A DNA stretch of 63,898 nucleotides, the filler included, from an uncultured bacterium (GTDB taxonomy: Bacteria > Latescibacterota > UBA2968), in the NCBI GenBank assembly GCA_964471275.1. It is 3 parts of 3 records of this genome, joined end to end, with 100 filler letters (N's around TTAATTAATTAA, not from the genome) between each part and the next. Parts side by side here need not be neighbours in the genome. Positions count along the whole stretch, not along the records: positions 22,004 to 43,681 come from CAYYGZ010000054.1; positions 43,782 to 63,898 come from CAYYGZ010000064.1; 1 more part is not named here. The stretch is one strand, 5' to 3'. The notes under the pieces are model-generated. The model searched no databases. It worked only from the letters and a program-made list of their open reading frames with translations, and was not told where the DNA came from. A program made the translations under genes and the position numbers. Shown here piece by piece: positions 40,101-48,149 of this stretch. How positions within the stretch are numbered: position 1 is the first letter of the stretch; each line of letters opens with the position of its first letter.

Positions 40101-40602
40101 TCACCCGCTCATAACCACATTCCACCAGGTGATCGGCAAGTTCCTGTGGGGCCTGTTCCTGATGAACCTTGAGCTCTCGAAGCGCGAGATCGAAGATCTC
40201 GGGCGAGAGCGTCGGAAACAGAAAGGCCTCCAGCGGAGCCACCACTACCCCGGGTTCATCGCGAGTTAAGAGGTCCATCGCTTCGACACGAAGACCGACT
40301 ACATCGAGATGTGGAGACCGTCGATCGTATGGGGAGATGTCCAGACCCGGGAAGAGCCCGACACGTTCATCATCAAGGATCTTCTCGAGATCGTCGCGAA
40401 GGTTTTCGGCGCGGTCGGAATCCGAACAAATCACAAGGACCGGATGGGTCAGGCTCTTGGTGGCCTGAGCGATCGCAAACGCGGACAGGGAGCCGGACAA
40501 CCCTCTCAATCTCAGGTTGCTCTGTTTCTGCTCGAGCTGAGTACGAAGCGTCTGGAAGGAAACAGATTCCGCGAGGCGATTGTAGACGCGTCTGACGGGC
40601 AA
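37198..40602 (-). CDS. mfd: Transcription-repair coupling factor
   Basis: RGGILD, VVHVDHGIG, GDVGYGKT, DEEHRFGV, QLRGRVGRS and TRCF domain. TTG 40602 follows GGAGGAG. Confidence 0.96.
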   Translation of the reverse strand: MPVRRVYNRLAESVSFQTLRTQLEQKQSNLRLRGLSGSLSAFAIAQATKSLTHPVLVICSDSDRAENLRDDLEKILDDERVGLFPGLDISPYDRRSPHLDVVGLRVEAMDLLTRDEPGVVVAPLEAFLFPTLSPEIFDLALRELKVHQEQAPQELADHLVECGYERVTTVEGVGQFSVRGGILDFCSFGNVHPVRLEFWGDEITSIRGFDLSSQRSVEELESVRILPCREGVLVHTMADMYDENLAAFEKAHNLELTLVRENLMDYGAFDGIESYLSILYGSSARLLDFVQLESYLFLDNPAGLEQVGEETVERLQKTFERQKPKRGEPELLPPEHICTSPEEVMSRMSSLSRIESYPLGQHDGSIDFKGTAGRRYEGHLPVFEEDLVKLWRENYDLVLLCESPGQRTRMEELLENCPAALSIEVGTLQAGFVSAEGRVAVYNDHEIYSRNRRRRRYRRFKEGSPIKTITALNKGDFVVHVDHGIGKYTGLERLAVDGISRDCLTLSYHENDKVFVPVEQMDRVQKYSSEEGATPVLNKLGTAAWEKVKEKTRKEIFKMATELVSLYAERKAKPGIVYSADAALHTMLAASFPFQETRDQMQAIEDVREDMEGESAMDRLVCGDVGYGKTEVAIRAAFKAVNDGKQVAVLVPTTILAQQHGRTFEDRMADLPVCVDVLSRFRSRGEQTKVVAGVKTGGVDVLIGTHRILSKDIEFRDLGLLIVDEEHRFGVRHKERLKQLRRMVDVMTLTATPIPRTLHMSLMGARDMSIIETPPKDRLPIHTEILAFSEERIAEAILREIDRGGQVYFVHNRVQSIFTIKEFLERLVPQVRFGVGHGQMPERELEKVMLDFMDRKYDCLISTMIIESGLDIPSVNTLIVNRADRMGLAQLYQLRGRVGRSNQRAYAYLFIPSWKALRKPAARRLRAIEEFSDLGSGFHISMRDMEIRGAGNLLGAQQHGHITAIGFDMYCRLLDEAVHQIKGEEIAPGFEPDVQTSVSAYVPETYIPDANQKMSFYQRMGDAHQTVELMAIEEELRDRFGELPEPTSALLDSIHVKLLARQLGIALLTVGQEMVVRFLPERFLQRQDVERMVNASPLPLQFFLGEEARVEVQLEGNNPETRLSCAKNVLLSLL

Positions 40603-40719
40603 GAGGCCAACTCCTCCAATGGAAATGCCAATAGCCACCCACCACGGTAGTGATGGATGGCGCAAACCAAAGGCCCGACGCATCGGTCTGCATCGAGCCC
40701 CAATCTCCAGGAAAGCAAA

Positions 40720-40797
40720 TGGCGGGGTAGACGGGGCTCGAACCCGCGACCTACGGCGTGACAGGCCGTCACTCTAACCAGACTGAGCTACTACCCC
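40720..40797 (-). tRNA. tRNA-Asp (GTC)
   Basis: GGGGTAGTAGCTCAGTCTGGTTAGAGTGACGGCCTGTCACGCCGTAGGTCGCGGGTTCGAGCCCCGTCTACCCCGCCA folds into a cloverleaf with encoded CCA. Confidence 0.97.
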
Positions 40798-40847
40798 GCA
40801 CTTACTCTGGCTTCACACGCCCGGACACGATGTATCCGAGGCTGGAG

Positions 40848-40876
40848 AAGATAACATAGGCCTTTCTGCTTGTCAA
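40848..40876 (-). promoter_or_regulatory. sigma70 promoter of tRNA-Asp/mfd
   Basis: TTGACA-17 nt-TATCTT with an extended TG and AT-rich upstream sequence. Confidence 0.7.
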
Positions 40877-40961
40877 GCAAGCGGGCCAACGACAATCCCT
40901 AACTGAAATAAATACAGTAATTTGTGGAATTTTTACGGCTCTGGATTCACGTCCCTTTGGA

Positions 40962-40990
40962 TTGCGCCCAACTGAGAAATAACCTATATT
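40962..40990 (+). promoter_or_regulatory. Putative divergent sigma70 promoter of hom
   Basis: TTGCGC-17 nt-TATATT. Confidence 0.5.
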
Positions 40991-41033
40991 CTTCACTTCA
41001 TTTTGAGACGGTTCTAAGATAGAGGAGAGCGAC

Positions 41034-42347
41034 GTGGGAACAACGGAATCGCTGGGCGTCGGGATCATCGGTCTGGGTGTTGTAGGCGGCGGGATAATCG
41101 ACGTTCTTGCGGATCGACGCAACTACTTCAAGTCTGTTCGCGGGATCGATCTCTCGATCCAGAAGATCGCCGTTCGGGACGTGTCCAAGGATCGGCCGGT
41201 CGAAGTCGATTCTGGCTTACTGACCGCAGATGCGCAGGAAGTGGTCGACCATCCAGATGTGCAGATCGTCGTAGAGGTAATGGGCGGAATCGAACCCGCC
41301 AGGTCATTCGTGGTCGGAGCACTCGAGAACGGCAAGGACGTGGTTACCGCCAACAAGGCGCTGCTGGCCGAGCACGGCGACGAGATCTTCAATGCCGCCT
41401 CCACTCACAACGCGGGATTGGCCTTCGAGGCTAGCGTATGCGGGGGTATCCCGATCATTCGCTCGATCACACAGGGCCTTCCGGCAAACCACATCTCCTC
41501 TCTCTTCGGCATCCTGAACGGTACGACGAATTACATCCTCACCCGCATGACTGATGAAGGTGGGGACTTCGACGATATCCTGAAGCGTGCCCAGGACCTC
41601 GGCTACGCCGAAGCCGATCCCACGATGGATGTGGACGGGACCGATGCCGTCCAGAAGCTGGCCATCCTGTGTCGTCTGGCATTTGGCGTTTCCCTGCCCT
41701 ACCGATCTGTGCTACGGGAAGGCATCACGGACGTGTCCGCAGTCGACATTGCCTTCGCCCGAGACCTCGGCTACACCATCAAGCTTCTGGGTATCGCGAA
41801 ATCCGGAAAACAGGGCCTGGAGGCACGTGTACACCCGTCACTCGTGCCGAGCGATACGCTACTGGCTAACATCAAGGACGAGTTCAACGCCGTCAAAATC
41901 GTCGGAGACGCAGCGGGCCCGCAGGTCTACACGGGGCGGGGTGCCGGGGCCTCACCCACGGCGAGTGCGATCGTTTCGGACCTCCTGTATCAAGCCGAGC
42001 GGCGGATTGCAGGGCGGCAGCGTGTAAGTCGGCAGCTTGTGGATGTCCAGACCGTTGAACCGCTTGCAGCAGAGGACATTGTTTCCAGCTACTATTGTCG
42101 GTTTACGGTTGAAGACAGCCCGGGGGTTCTGGCGCAGATCGCGAACATCTTCTCGACACACGAGATCAGTATCGCGAGGGTTATCCAGGAGGGCCGCTCA
42201 GAAACCGAAGAGGGGTCAGTCCCGCTGATCATGACCACACACGATGCGAGCGAGCGAGCGATGCTGCACGCGAGCGAGGAGATCGGCGCACTCGACACGG
42301 TCAAAGAGCGCCCGCAGATCATCCGGATCGAGGGATTGAACGATTAA
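41034..42347 (+). CDS. hom: Homoserine dehydrogenase with ACT domain
   Basis: GLGVVG, VVTANK, EASVCGGIP, GILNGTTNYIL, GYAEADP and GRGAG motifs, C-terminal ACT domain. Confidence 0.96.
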   Translation: MGTTESLGVGIIGLGVVGGGIIDVLADRRNYFKSVRGIDLSIQKIAVRDVSKDRPVEVDSGLLTADAQEVVDHPDVQIVVEVMGGIEPARSFVVGALENGKDVVTANKALLAEHGDEIFNAASTHNAGLAFEASVCGGIPIIRSITQGLPANHISSLFGILNGTTNYILTRMTDEGGDFDDILKRAQDLGYAEADPTMDVDGTDAVQKLAILCRLAFGVSLPYRSVLREGITDVSAVDIAFARDLGYTIKLLGIAKSGKQGLEARVHPSLVPSDTLLANIKDEFNAVKIVGDAAGPQVYTGRGAGASPTASAIVSDLLYQAERRIAGRQRVSRQLVDVQTVEPLAAEDIVSSYYCRFTVEDSPGVLAQIANIFSTHEISIARVIQEGRSETEEGSVPLIMTTHDASERAMLHASEEIGALDTVKERPQIIRIEGLND

Positions 42348-42348
42348 C

Positions 42349-42614
42349 GTGGAATTCTTCGCCATCATCTTCATCGTCGCTGCGCTCTGCTCGACCATCC
42401 TGGTCAAGTATATCACGACGGCTCGTATGATCCGCCTGCGCGAGCAACTGTTTGAGGTCGAGGGCAATCTGAGAATCGTGCGGGGCAAGGTGACGCAGGC
42501 AGAAAACCAGCGGATGGTCGTGAAGCGAGAGCTTCGGCAGGCGCAGCGTTAGCAGAAGACGCTGAACAAACAGGTCAAGGAGCCGAGACTGAATTGACGG
42601 CAATCCGAAAGTAG
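42349..42614 (+). pseudogene. Small TM + coiled-coil protein with internal TAG (42550) and a 1-nt deletion (~42581)
   Basis: The coiled coil continues after the TAG (QKTLNKQVK). Restoring one base gives AETELTAIRK-stop just before the terminator. Confidence 0.55.
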
Positions 42615-42637
42615 CAAACCCTCACCGAGATCAGATC

Positions 42638-42680
42638 AGAAAAAGGGCGGCACCACATATTCCGTGGCGCCGCCCTTTCT
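42638..42680. terminator. Bidirectional intrinsic terminator
   Basis: AAAAAGGGCGGCACCAC-loop-GTGGCGCCGCCCTTTCT between convergent genes. Confidence 0.8.
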
Positions 42681-42704
42681 GTTAGGTTCTACCCGTGGTG
42701 AGGA

Positions 42705-43316
42705 TTACGAGGCTTTGGCCAGCGGCGCCTCAAGTCCCATCAATACGCGCAGATCGGGTTCCAGAGTCTCCCGATCTCGCGGCCCGACGTGCTTGCTGAA
42801 GATCCGGCCGGACCGATCGATCAGGAACGTCGTCGGCATCATCTGAACGCTGCCGTTCGACGGTTCGGGTTCCTCCGAGCCGAAACCGTATATCGTCGGA
42901 ATCAACTCGATCTTCGACCAGATCTCTTCCACGTCCTCAAACGGGCTCATCGCAATCTGATAGGTGATCCCGACCTCTTCCGAAAACTTTCTCACATAAT
43001 CACGATCGGCCTGATCCATCGAGACACCTACGACTGCCAGACCCCGATCGGCGTAGTCCTCGTGAAGGGCCTCAAAGTGCGGCAGCTCCTGTCGACACGG
43101 AGGACACCACGTCGCCCAGAAATTGAGCAGAACAACCTTCCCTTCTAGGGCTGACAGCTTGGTTTTTGAGCCGTCGAGATACAGGAGCGTCATTTCCGGT
43201 GCAGCGATCGTTCCAAATGCGACATCTGCCCGGCTCTTCGGGCCACAGCTCGCAAAAAGCGTGAATGCCGACAGAACCAATACGACTACCCAAATCCGCG
43301 TAACTTTAGAAAACAT
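42705..43316 (-). CDS. TlpA/ResA family thiol-disulfide oxidoreductase lipoprotein
   Basis: LNFWATWCPPC, PTTFLID and FASC lipobox. Confidence 0.92.
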   Translation of the reverse strand: MFSKVTRIWVVVLVLSAFTLFASCGPKSRADVAFGTIAAPEMTLLYLDGSKTKLSALEGKVVLLNFWATWCPPCRQELPHFEALHEDYADRGLAVVGVSMDQADRDYVRKFSEEVGITYQIAMSPFEDVEEIWSKIELIPTIYGFGSEEPEPSNGSVQMMPTTFLIDRSGRIFSKHVGPRDRETLEPDLRVLMGLEAPLAKAS

Positions 43317-43336
43317 ATTCCTATCCTGTAGCTCAA

Positions 43337-43681
43337 TCAAGCCTGGGAGTCGCTGCCCGTCTCGTCATCTGACGAATTGGTGTCGGTCTCTGCCGGTGTG
43401 TGTGCCTGCCCGTTTTCCGATGGAGCCGCTCCCTGCTCCGACTCTTCGACCGGTTCATCATCCTCGTCGACACGCGCCACGTCGATGACCTTGTCGCCTT
43501 CCCCAAGGTTGATCAGCCGCACACCCTGAGTGTTCCGTCCGACTGTGCTGACATAGTGAATGGGCAGTCGGATCAGGATGCCTTCCTGCGAGATGATCAT
43601 CACCTCGTCAGATTCCTGGACCGCCTTGATGGCGACAACACCGCCGTTCCGCTCTGTCGTCTTGATGTTGATTGCACCCTT
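43337..43681 (-). CDS. gyrA: DNA gyrase subunit A, C-terminal part (contig-truncated)
   Basis: IKTTERNG...GRNTQGVRLI pinwheel repeats and an acidic tail. Confidence 0.9.
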   Translation of the reverse strand, partial: KGAINIKTTERNGGVVAIKAVQESDEVMIISQEGILIRLPIHYVSTVGRNTQGVRLINLGEGDKVIDVARVDEDDEPVEESEQGAAPSENGQAHTPAETDTNSSDDETGSDSQA

Positions 43682-43781
43682 NNNNNNNNNNNNNNNNNNN
43701 NNNNNNNNNNNNNNNNNNNNNNNNNTTAATTAATTAANNNNNNNNNNNNNNNNNNNNNNNNNNNNNNNNNNNNNNNNNNNN
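43682..43781. other. Artificial contig-join linker
   Basis: N run, TTAATTAATTAA, N run. Confidence 0.97.
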
Positions 43782-44074
43782 TGACCCGCGGATCCCTTAG
43801 CTCGGCAACAGGACGCGAATCCGGGGCTTCAGAAATGCCAATCGTGAGGAGATGGTTCGTGCCGAAAAAGCAGGTACCGTCAGAGAGCAGAACGGTTTGC
43901 ACGTTATCAACGCCTTCGACGATGGAGCCAACGAGGCAGGCAGACCTCACATCGGATACATCGACTACGCTGAAGGTACCCCACTTCCCCGCGACGTAGG
44001 CATACCCCACCGACGACCTCTACATCGTGCGGTCCCACTAGCGCGGTGTCTTGCAGAATCAACAGAACCTCCAT
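43782..44074 (-). pseudogene. LVIVD-repeat protein, 5' part with +1 frameshift (~44007), truncated by contig end
   Basis: The ATG overlapping the upstream stop gives MEVLLILQDTALVGPHDVEVVG. A frame change in a G-run then gives GYAYVAGK...SVVDVSD. Confidence 0.65.
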
Positions 44075-46581
44075 CAGCCGCCAGCTGCTTCGAGAACCGT
44101 CGATCCGTTCCGGCTGACGCGGACCGTGTTTCCGGAAATATCGATCACGTCATGGGTTACCCCGTCGCTGATCGTCAAAGTGCCGCCCTCCGCCAGGATC
44201 GACCGAGACGGTGCAGAATTCTGCGTCTCTAAAGGCTCCAGCACAGCGTTGAACTGCACATTGCTACCCGACCGGCGCGCGATAACAACAGGCACGCGAT
44301 CTATGATCGACGCCCCCGTTGCCACGGTCAATCGCTCGGCGATATCGCTCAATGTCAGGCAAGTCATCACACCTTCAGTCAGAAACGCTGCCGCATTCCT
44401 TTCCTTCAGGTCAACGGGTGCGTCGATGTATTCGTGACCGAGAAAATCCAAGTCGCTGGCATCCTCCCCGGCCAGATCGCTCAGAACGCCACGGTTGTGG
44501 TAGACCCAATCGTATTCGTGCGCTTCCTGCGACGCCAACCGATCCGATATGAGCAGATACTCCGGTGTCAACACGAGTGTTCTGACCTGAGTCACACCCT
44601 CGTAGGCCGACTCACAGGTCATCTGAGCAATCGCAAACTGCTCGCTCGCCGCAAAGGCCGTCAACTCAGCAGAAGTGCCCTTCTGCGAACGTCCGTCGAC
44701 CACGACCGCATTGTGCCCGACCGTGGCCTTGTACCAGTTCCTGTGAATCGGCAGACGGTAGGCCTGGCTCTTCGCCCGCCCCGGATCGACGCCGAGTTCA
44801 CGTCCAAATCCGTAGAATACGAAGCTAAGCTTGTCCAGGTGACCGTGGAAGCCGCCGTAGGGTCCGTAGGTCGCAGCGGCCACGAGGCCCTTTTTGCCTG
44901 CCGACCTGAGGATAACGTGCCCAGCTCCCTCGAATACAGTGCTCTTCTGTCGGAACGACGCCACCGCGACGGGCACAATGTCTCTCCCATACAGGATTGA
45001 TTCCCAGGTCGAGCCACCTGCCATTGCACCAAGAACCGAGGACTCCTTCGTTTGCGCGTATCCTGCCTCTAGCAGGGACCGATGAGACGTGATCTTCGTG
45101 TTCACATCATCACCGAACCTGGGCAGATATCCGTTCGGCATCGCATAGCTGGCCGGAAGCGTAAACATCTTCTGCAGTGGACGGCTCGACCAGAGGTCGA
45201 AACCAGCGCGTCGCGCGGGCTCTGCGAGATTGACCATCGCCGACAGCGTGTAGAAGTGGTAGGCCCAGCTGTTCTCATACCACATTCCGTCCGATCCCAC
45301 CGCGTGCTTCATCTGGTAGTGAAACCCGTTATGTGCGTCTTCGATGGCCGAAACCATCATCGATCGGTCACCAAGGAGTGCGCCCGCCCAGAAGATCCCG
45401 GCGTTGTGCCAGCTCTGCCAGTTGTTCTTCCCGAACCTTGCCTTCCACACGTTGCCCGCCATCGGTCGGAGCAAGCCCTTCTGGATGGTTCGATGATCCT
45501 GTTCGGTGAGCGACTCCGAGCCATAAACCAGGTCATACGCCGGGCCGATGTCAGTGGCCAGACGCGACCCCTCGTTCAGCGTCTGTTCGAAGAGGCGGCC
45601 GCCCGAAAGCGCGGCATAGATGAAATGGTCCGCACCGTTCGCGTGGTAGGGATATGTCCGGTATCGCTCGCCATACCCGACAAGGATATCTCGCGTATAC
45701 CTGGCGTATCGTTCATCCTGCGTGATCGCGTAGGCCCAACCGGCTTCTCGAGCTGCACGCAGGTTCGCTGCATGCTTGCGTGCGTAGATGACGTCGTCGT
45801 ATGGGTATCCTGAGTAGACCCGCGAGCAATTCGTACACACGTGTGTCGTGTCGGATCGTGTCTCCAGATTGATCTCGCAAGCATCGCATTGATACCACTG
45901 GTTGTGTTGCCCTCCCCTCGCAGGAAACGAAACATCCGCCGCCAGCCTGGATTCAACCCGATCCACGAGCTTCCCTACGGCACCGTCTGCATCTGTGCTG
46001 TATGACGTTCGAAGACGCTGAAGTTCAAGTGGCGTACACGCCAGGAAGGGATGCGGCCGTGTCGTCACCTCCGAAGGAGTCTCACAACCGAGGAACACGG
46101 TCACACACAGGCAGGCGAGCACCGTCGCACGCCTCACCTTCAGACGACCGACCGTCCAGCGCCCCCCAAGGAACAAGAGATACAGAGCGTAGGGTTGGAT
46201 GGCCAGGATCAACCACCACGGTGCAGCAGCAGTCAGCGCATCGCTGGCCAGGAATAAGAGGTGGTTGAGTGATGGCGAAGTAGCGTGTGCGAGCACCCAG
46301 GCGAAAAGTCCCGAGACAGGTGCACCGACAACCACGAGCAACGGGCGGTTTCCGCGGAAATCAGGCAGAAACCGCCAGAAGTACCCCAGAATGGCAGCCC
46401 CAAGGACGCTGCCCGAAATGTATGGCAGACACATCTGCAGGCATACGCCCAGTGAGTAGCCAGCAGACCAGCCGGGGGGCCCCGAAAAGACAAGGAATAC
46501 CCAGTAGGATAGACCAGCCCAGACCGGAGGAACCAGGCCGACCCATCCGACAGAGAAGAACACGGGATCGATTCGCTTCAT
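44074..46581 (-). CDS. Heparinase II/III / alginate-lyase-like polysaccharide lyase with N-terminal membrane region
   Basis: QTLNE, NNWQSWHN, DGMWYENSWAYHFY, PRFGD, GGFHGHLDKL and HNAVVVDG motifs. Confidence 0.8.
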   Translation of the reverse strand: MKRIDPVFFSVGWVGLVPPVWAGLSYWVFLVFSGPPGWSAGYSLGVCLQMCLPYISGSVLGAAILGYFWRFLPDFRGNRPLLVVVGAPVSGLFAWVLAHATSPSLNHLLFLASDALTAAAPWWLILAIQPYALYLLFLGGRWTVGRLKVRRATVLACLCVTVFLGCETPSEVTTRPHPFLACTPLELQRLRTSYSTDADGAVGKLVDRVESRLAADVSFPARGGQHNQWYQCDACEINLETRSDTTHVCTNCSRVYSGYPYDDVIYARKHAANLRAAREAGWAYAITQDERYARYTRDILVGYGERYRTYPYHANGADHFIYAALSGGRLFEQTLNEGSRLATDIGPAYDLVYGSESLTEQDHRTIQKGLLRPMAGNVWKARFGKNNWQSWHNAGIFWAGALLGDRSMMVSAIEDAHNGFHYQMKHAVGSDGMWYENSWAYHFYTLSAMVNLAEPARRAGFDLWSSRPLQKMFTLPASYAMPNGYLPRFGDDVNTKITSHRSLLEAGYAQTKESSVLGAMAGGSTWESILYGRDIVPVAVASFRQKSTVFEGAGHVILRSAGKKGLVAAATYGPYGGFHGHLDKLSFVFYGFGRELGVDPGRAKSQAYRLPIHRNWYKATVGHNAVVVDGRSQKGTSAELTAFAASEQFAIAQMTCESAYEGVTQVRTLVLTPEYLLISDRLASQEAHEYDWVYHNRGVLSDLAGEDASDLDFLGHEYIDAPVDLKERNAAAFLTEGVMTCLTLSDIAERLTVATGASIIDRVPVVIARRSGSNVQFNAVLEPLETQNSAPSRSILAEGGTLTISDGVTHDVIDISGNTVRVSRNGSTVLEAAGG

Positions 46582-48095
46582 TCGCCTTCACCAAGATAGA
46601 CAGGGCTCGACCACGCCATCTGGCCGTTCGCCTGTGTCACACGCAGATAGACATACCCTGGCGGGCAATCTTTCAGCATCACGCTTTCCGATGCGGTGAT
46701 ACGTTTCCGTGGCTGTGCGCGGTGCACGACGATCCAGGACGATGGCTTGCCCATTCGAATGGCCACTCTTCCCCCGAGCAACTCCCCGATCGTTACCGTC
46801 CTGTTAATGTTACCGCGATGGTTCGCCGTCCCCCAATCCACGGACGTTGCCACGATACTGTTCCCGGCGTGACAGGTCATCTTGATCTCGACCTCGGTGT
46901 CGAGATTCCCCATCACCTCAAAACAGATCGCGTCATTCGCCGAGCCTACGGTATTCGAGTTTCGGGTCGTGAACACGCCACCCCGAGACGTGTGCGACTT
47001 CCAACGGCTACGGCTGGGGGAGGACTCCTCGATCACTTTCATTCGATGCTCATCGAAGGGGTCGGATGAAAAGCAGGGAATGGACTCCTCCAACGATCCC
47101 CGCGCGACCTCGACTGAGCCAGTCCAATCGTAGATGTGATAGCCCTTCATCGGTCCCCAGCCGTATTCGAGACGGAACCGGTAGACGTCATCGGTATCCG
47201 GCCCACTGGACGCGATCGGTGACCAGGTCTGAATCGTACGTCCATTCCCCACGAGTTCGATCAGCGAGATCTCATCCCAGGCGCTAACGTCGAACGACAC
47301 CTCCGCGTCTCCGGGCTGCACGCAGGATCCCATAGGATGTCCATTGACTCTGAGTTGGACGGCGATCCGGTCACCCGTCACTGCGTAGGATCTGCGGTCA
47401 CGGATCGCCTGCATCACGCCGGTCCGGGTGTTCTCCTCCGCCCAGACGCCCGTCAGACCCAGTCCATACCCGCCGGGGTAGCCATCGTGGTTGTCCGTTC
47501 CTGCCGAGAAACCGAATCGCTTGCCAATCGACAGCCCGCCCTGCGCGGTGAAGCACGCTGCACCCGGCCCCCCGCTGTGTCCCAGCATGGGGTGCAATCC
47601 CCCGTCGCGCTCGGAACTGCCGTGCTCCGAGAATATCTCGACAATTGGTGACTGGATCGGGTCAAATTCTTCCCAGTCGACCCCGCGGTTGTAGGCGATA
47701 TGGTGAGGGACAAGGATCGACCGTTCGTCCCGATGTGTGTCACGAAGCGAGGCCAGCGATGGTGCAAAATGAAGGGGACGCCCGTCCTCCTCATACACAC
47801 AGTGGACGTGCCCCCACGCAGCGGAATGCCATTCGTATGCGAGAAATGACGTGAAACAACCGGGATCGTTGTACGAGGCGGCAGCGTCCTGAATTGCGGA
47901 CCAGTTCTCGTTTACGATCGGATAGCCGTCGGGCGCGTTGCCGTCAGCGTGTTGGGCGTGAGGCGTGAAGGCATAGAAATCGAGATGAGATTGCGCGATC
48001 CGGTAGCTTCGGTCAAGAGATCCCTGACCATAGCCCAGCTCATTGTGGTTGTGGATGTCTCCCCAGAGAAGTCTCAATGGTTTATCTCTCAACAA
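46578..48095 (-). CDS. DUF3604-like PHP-fold metallohydrolase
   Basis: WGDIHNH, YEWHS, EIFSEHG, GTDNHDG and AWSSPV motifs. Confidence 0.75.
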   Translation of the reverse strand: MLRDKPLRLLWGDIHNHNELGYGQGSLDRSYRIAQSHLDFYAFTPHAQHADGNAPDGYPIVNENWSAIQDAAASYNDPGCFTSFLAYEWHSAAWGHVHCVYEEDGRPLHFAPSLASLRDTHRDERSILVPHHIAYNRGVDWEEFDPIQSPIVEIFSEHGSSERDGGLHPMLGHSGGPGAACFTAQGGLSIGKRFGFSAGTDNHDGYPGGYGLGLTGVWAEENTRTGVMQAIRDRRSYAVTGDRIAVQLRVNGHPMGSCVQPGDAEVSFDVSAWDEISLIELVGNGRTIQTWSPIASSGPDTDDVYRFRLEYGWGPMKGYHIYDWTGSVEVARGSLEESIPCFSSDPFDEHRMKVIEESSPSRSRWKSHTSRGGVFTTRNSNTVGSANDAICFEVMGNLDTEVEIKMTCHAGNSIVATSVDWGTANHRGNINRTVTIGELLGGRVAIRMGKPSSWIVVHRAQPRKRITASESVMLKDCPPGYVYLRVTQANGQMAWSSPVYLGEGE

Positions 48096-48149
48096 ATAAG
48101 CCGCCGCGCATCATCAGCACGAGGACGCCCACGGCCTTGCTCCCACGGT

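Noticed and set aside
40720..40797. tRNA-Asp as an integration site
   Set aside because: There is no integrase or duplicated tRNA 3' end, and mfd follows directly.
2177..42552. Alternative genetic code as an explanation for the in-frame stops
   Set aside because: The internal stops are TGA, TAA and TAG, and all three also terminate many intact genes here.
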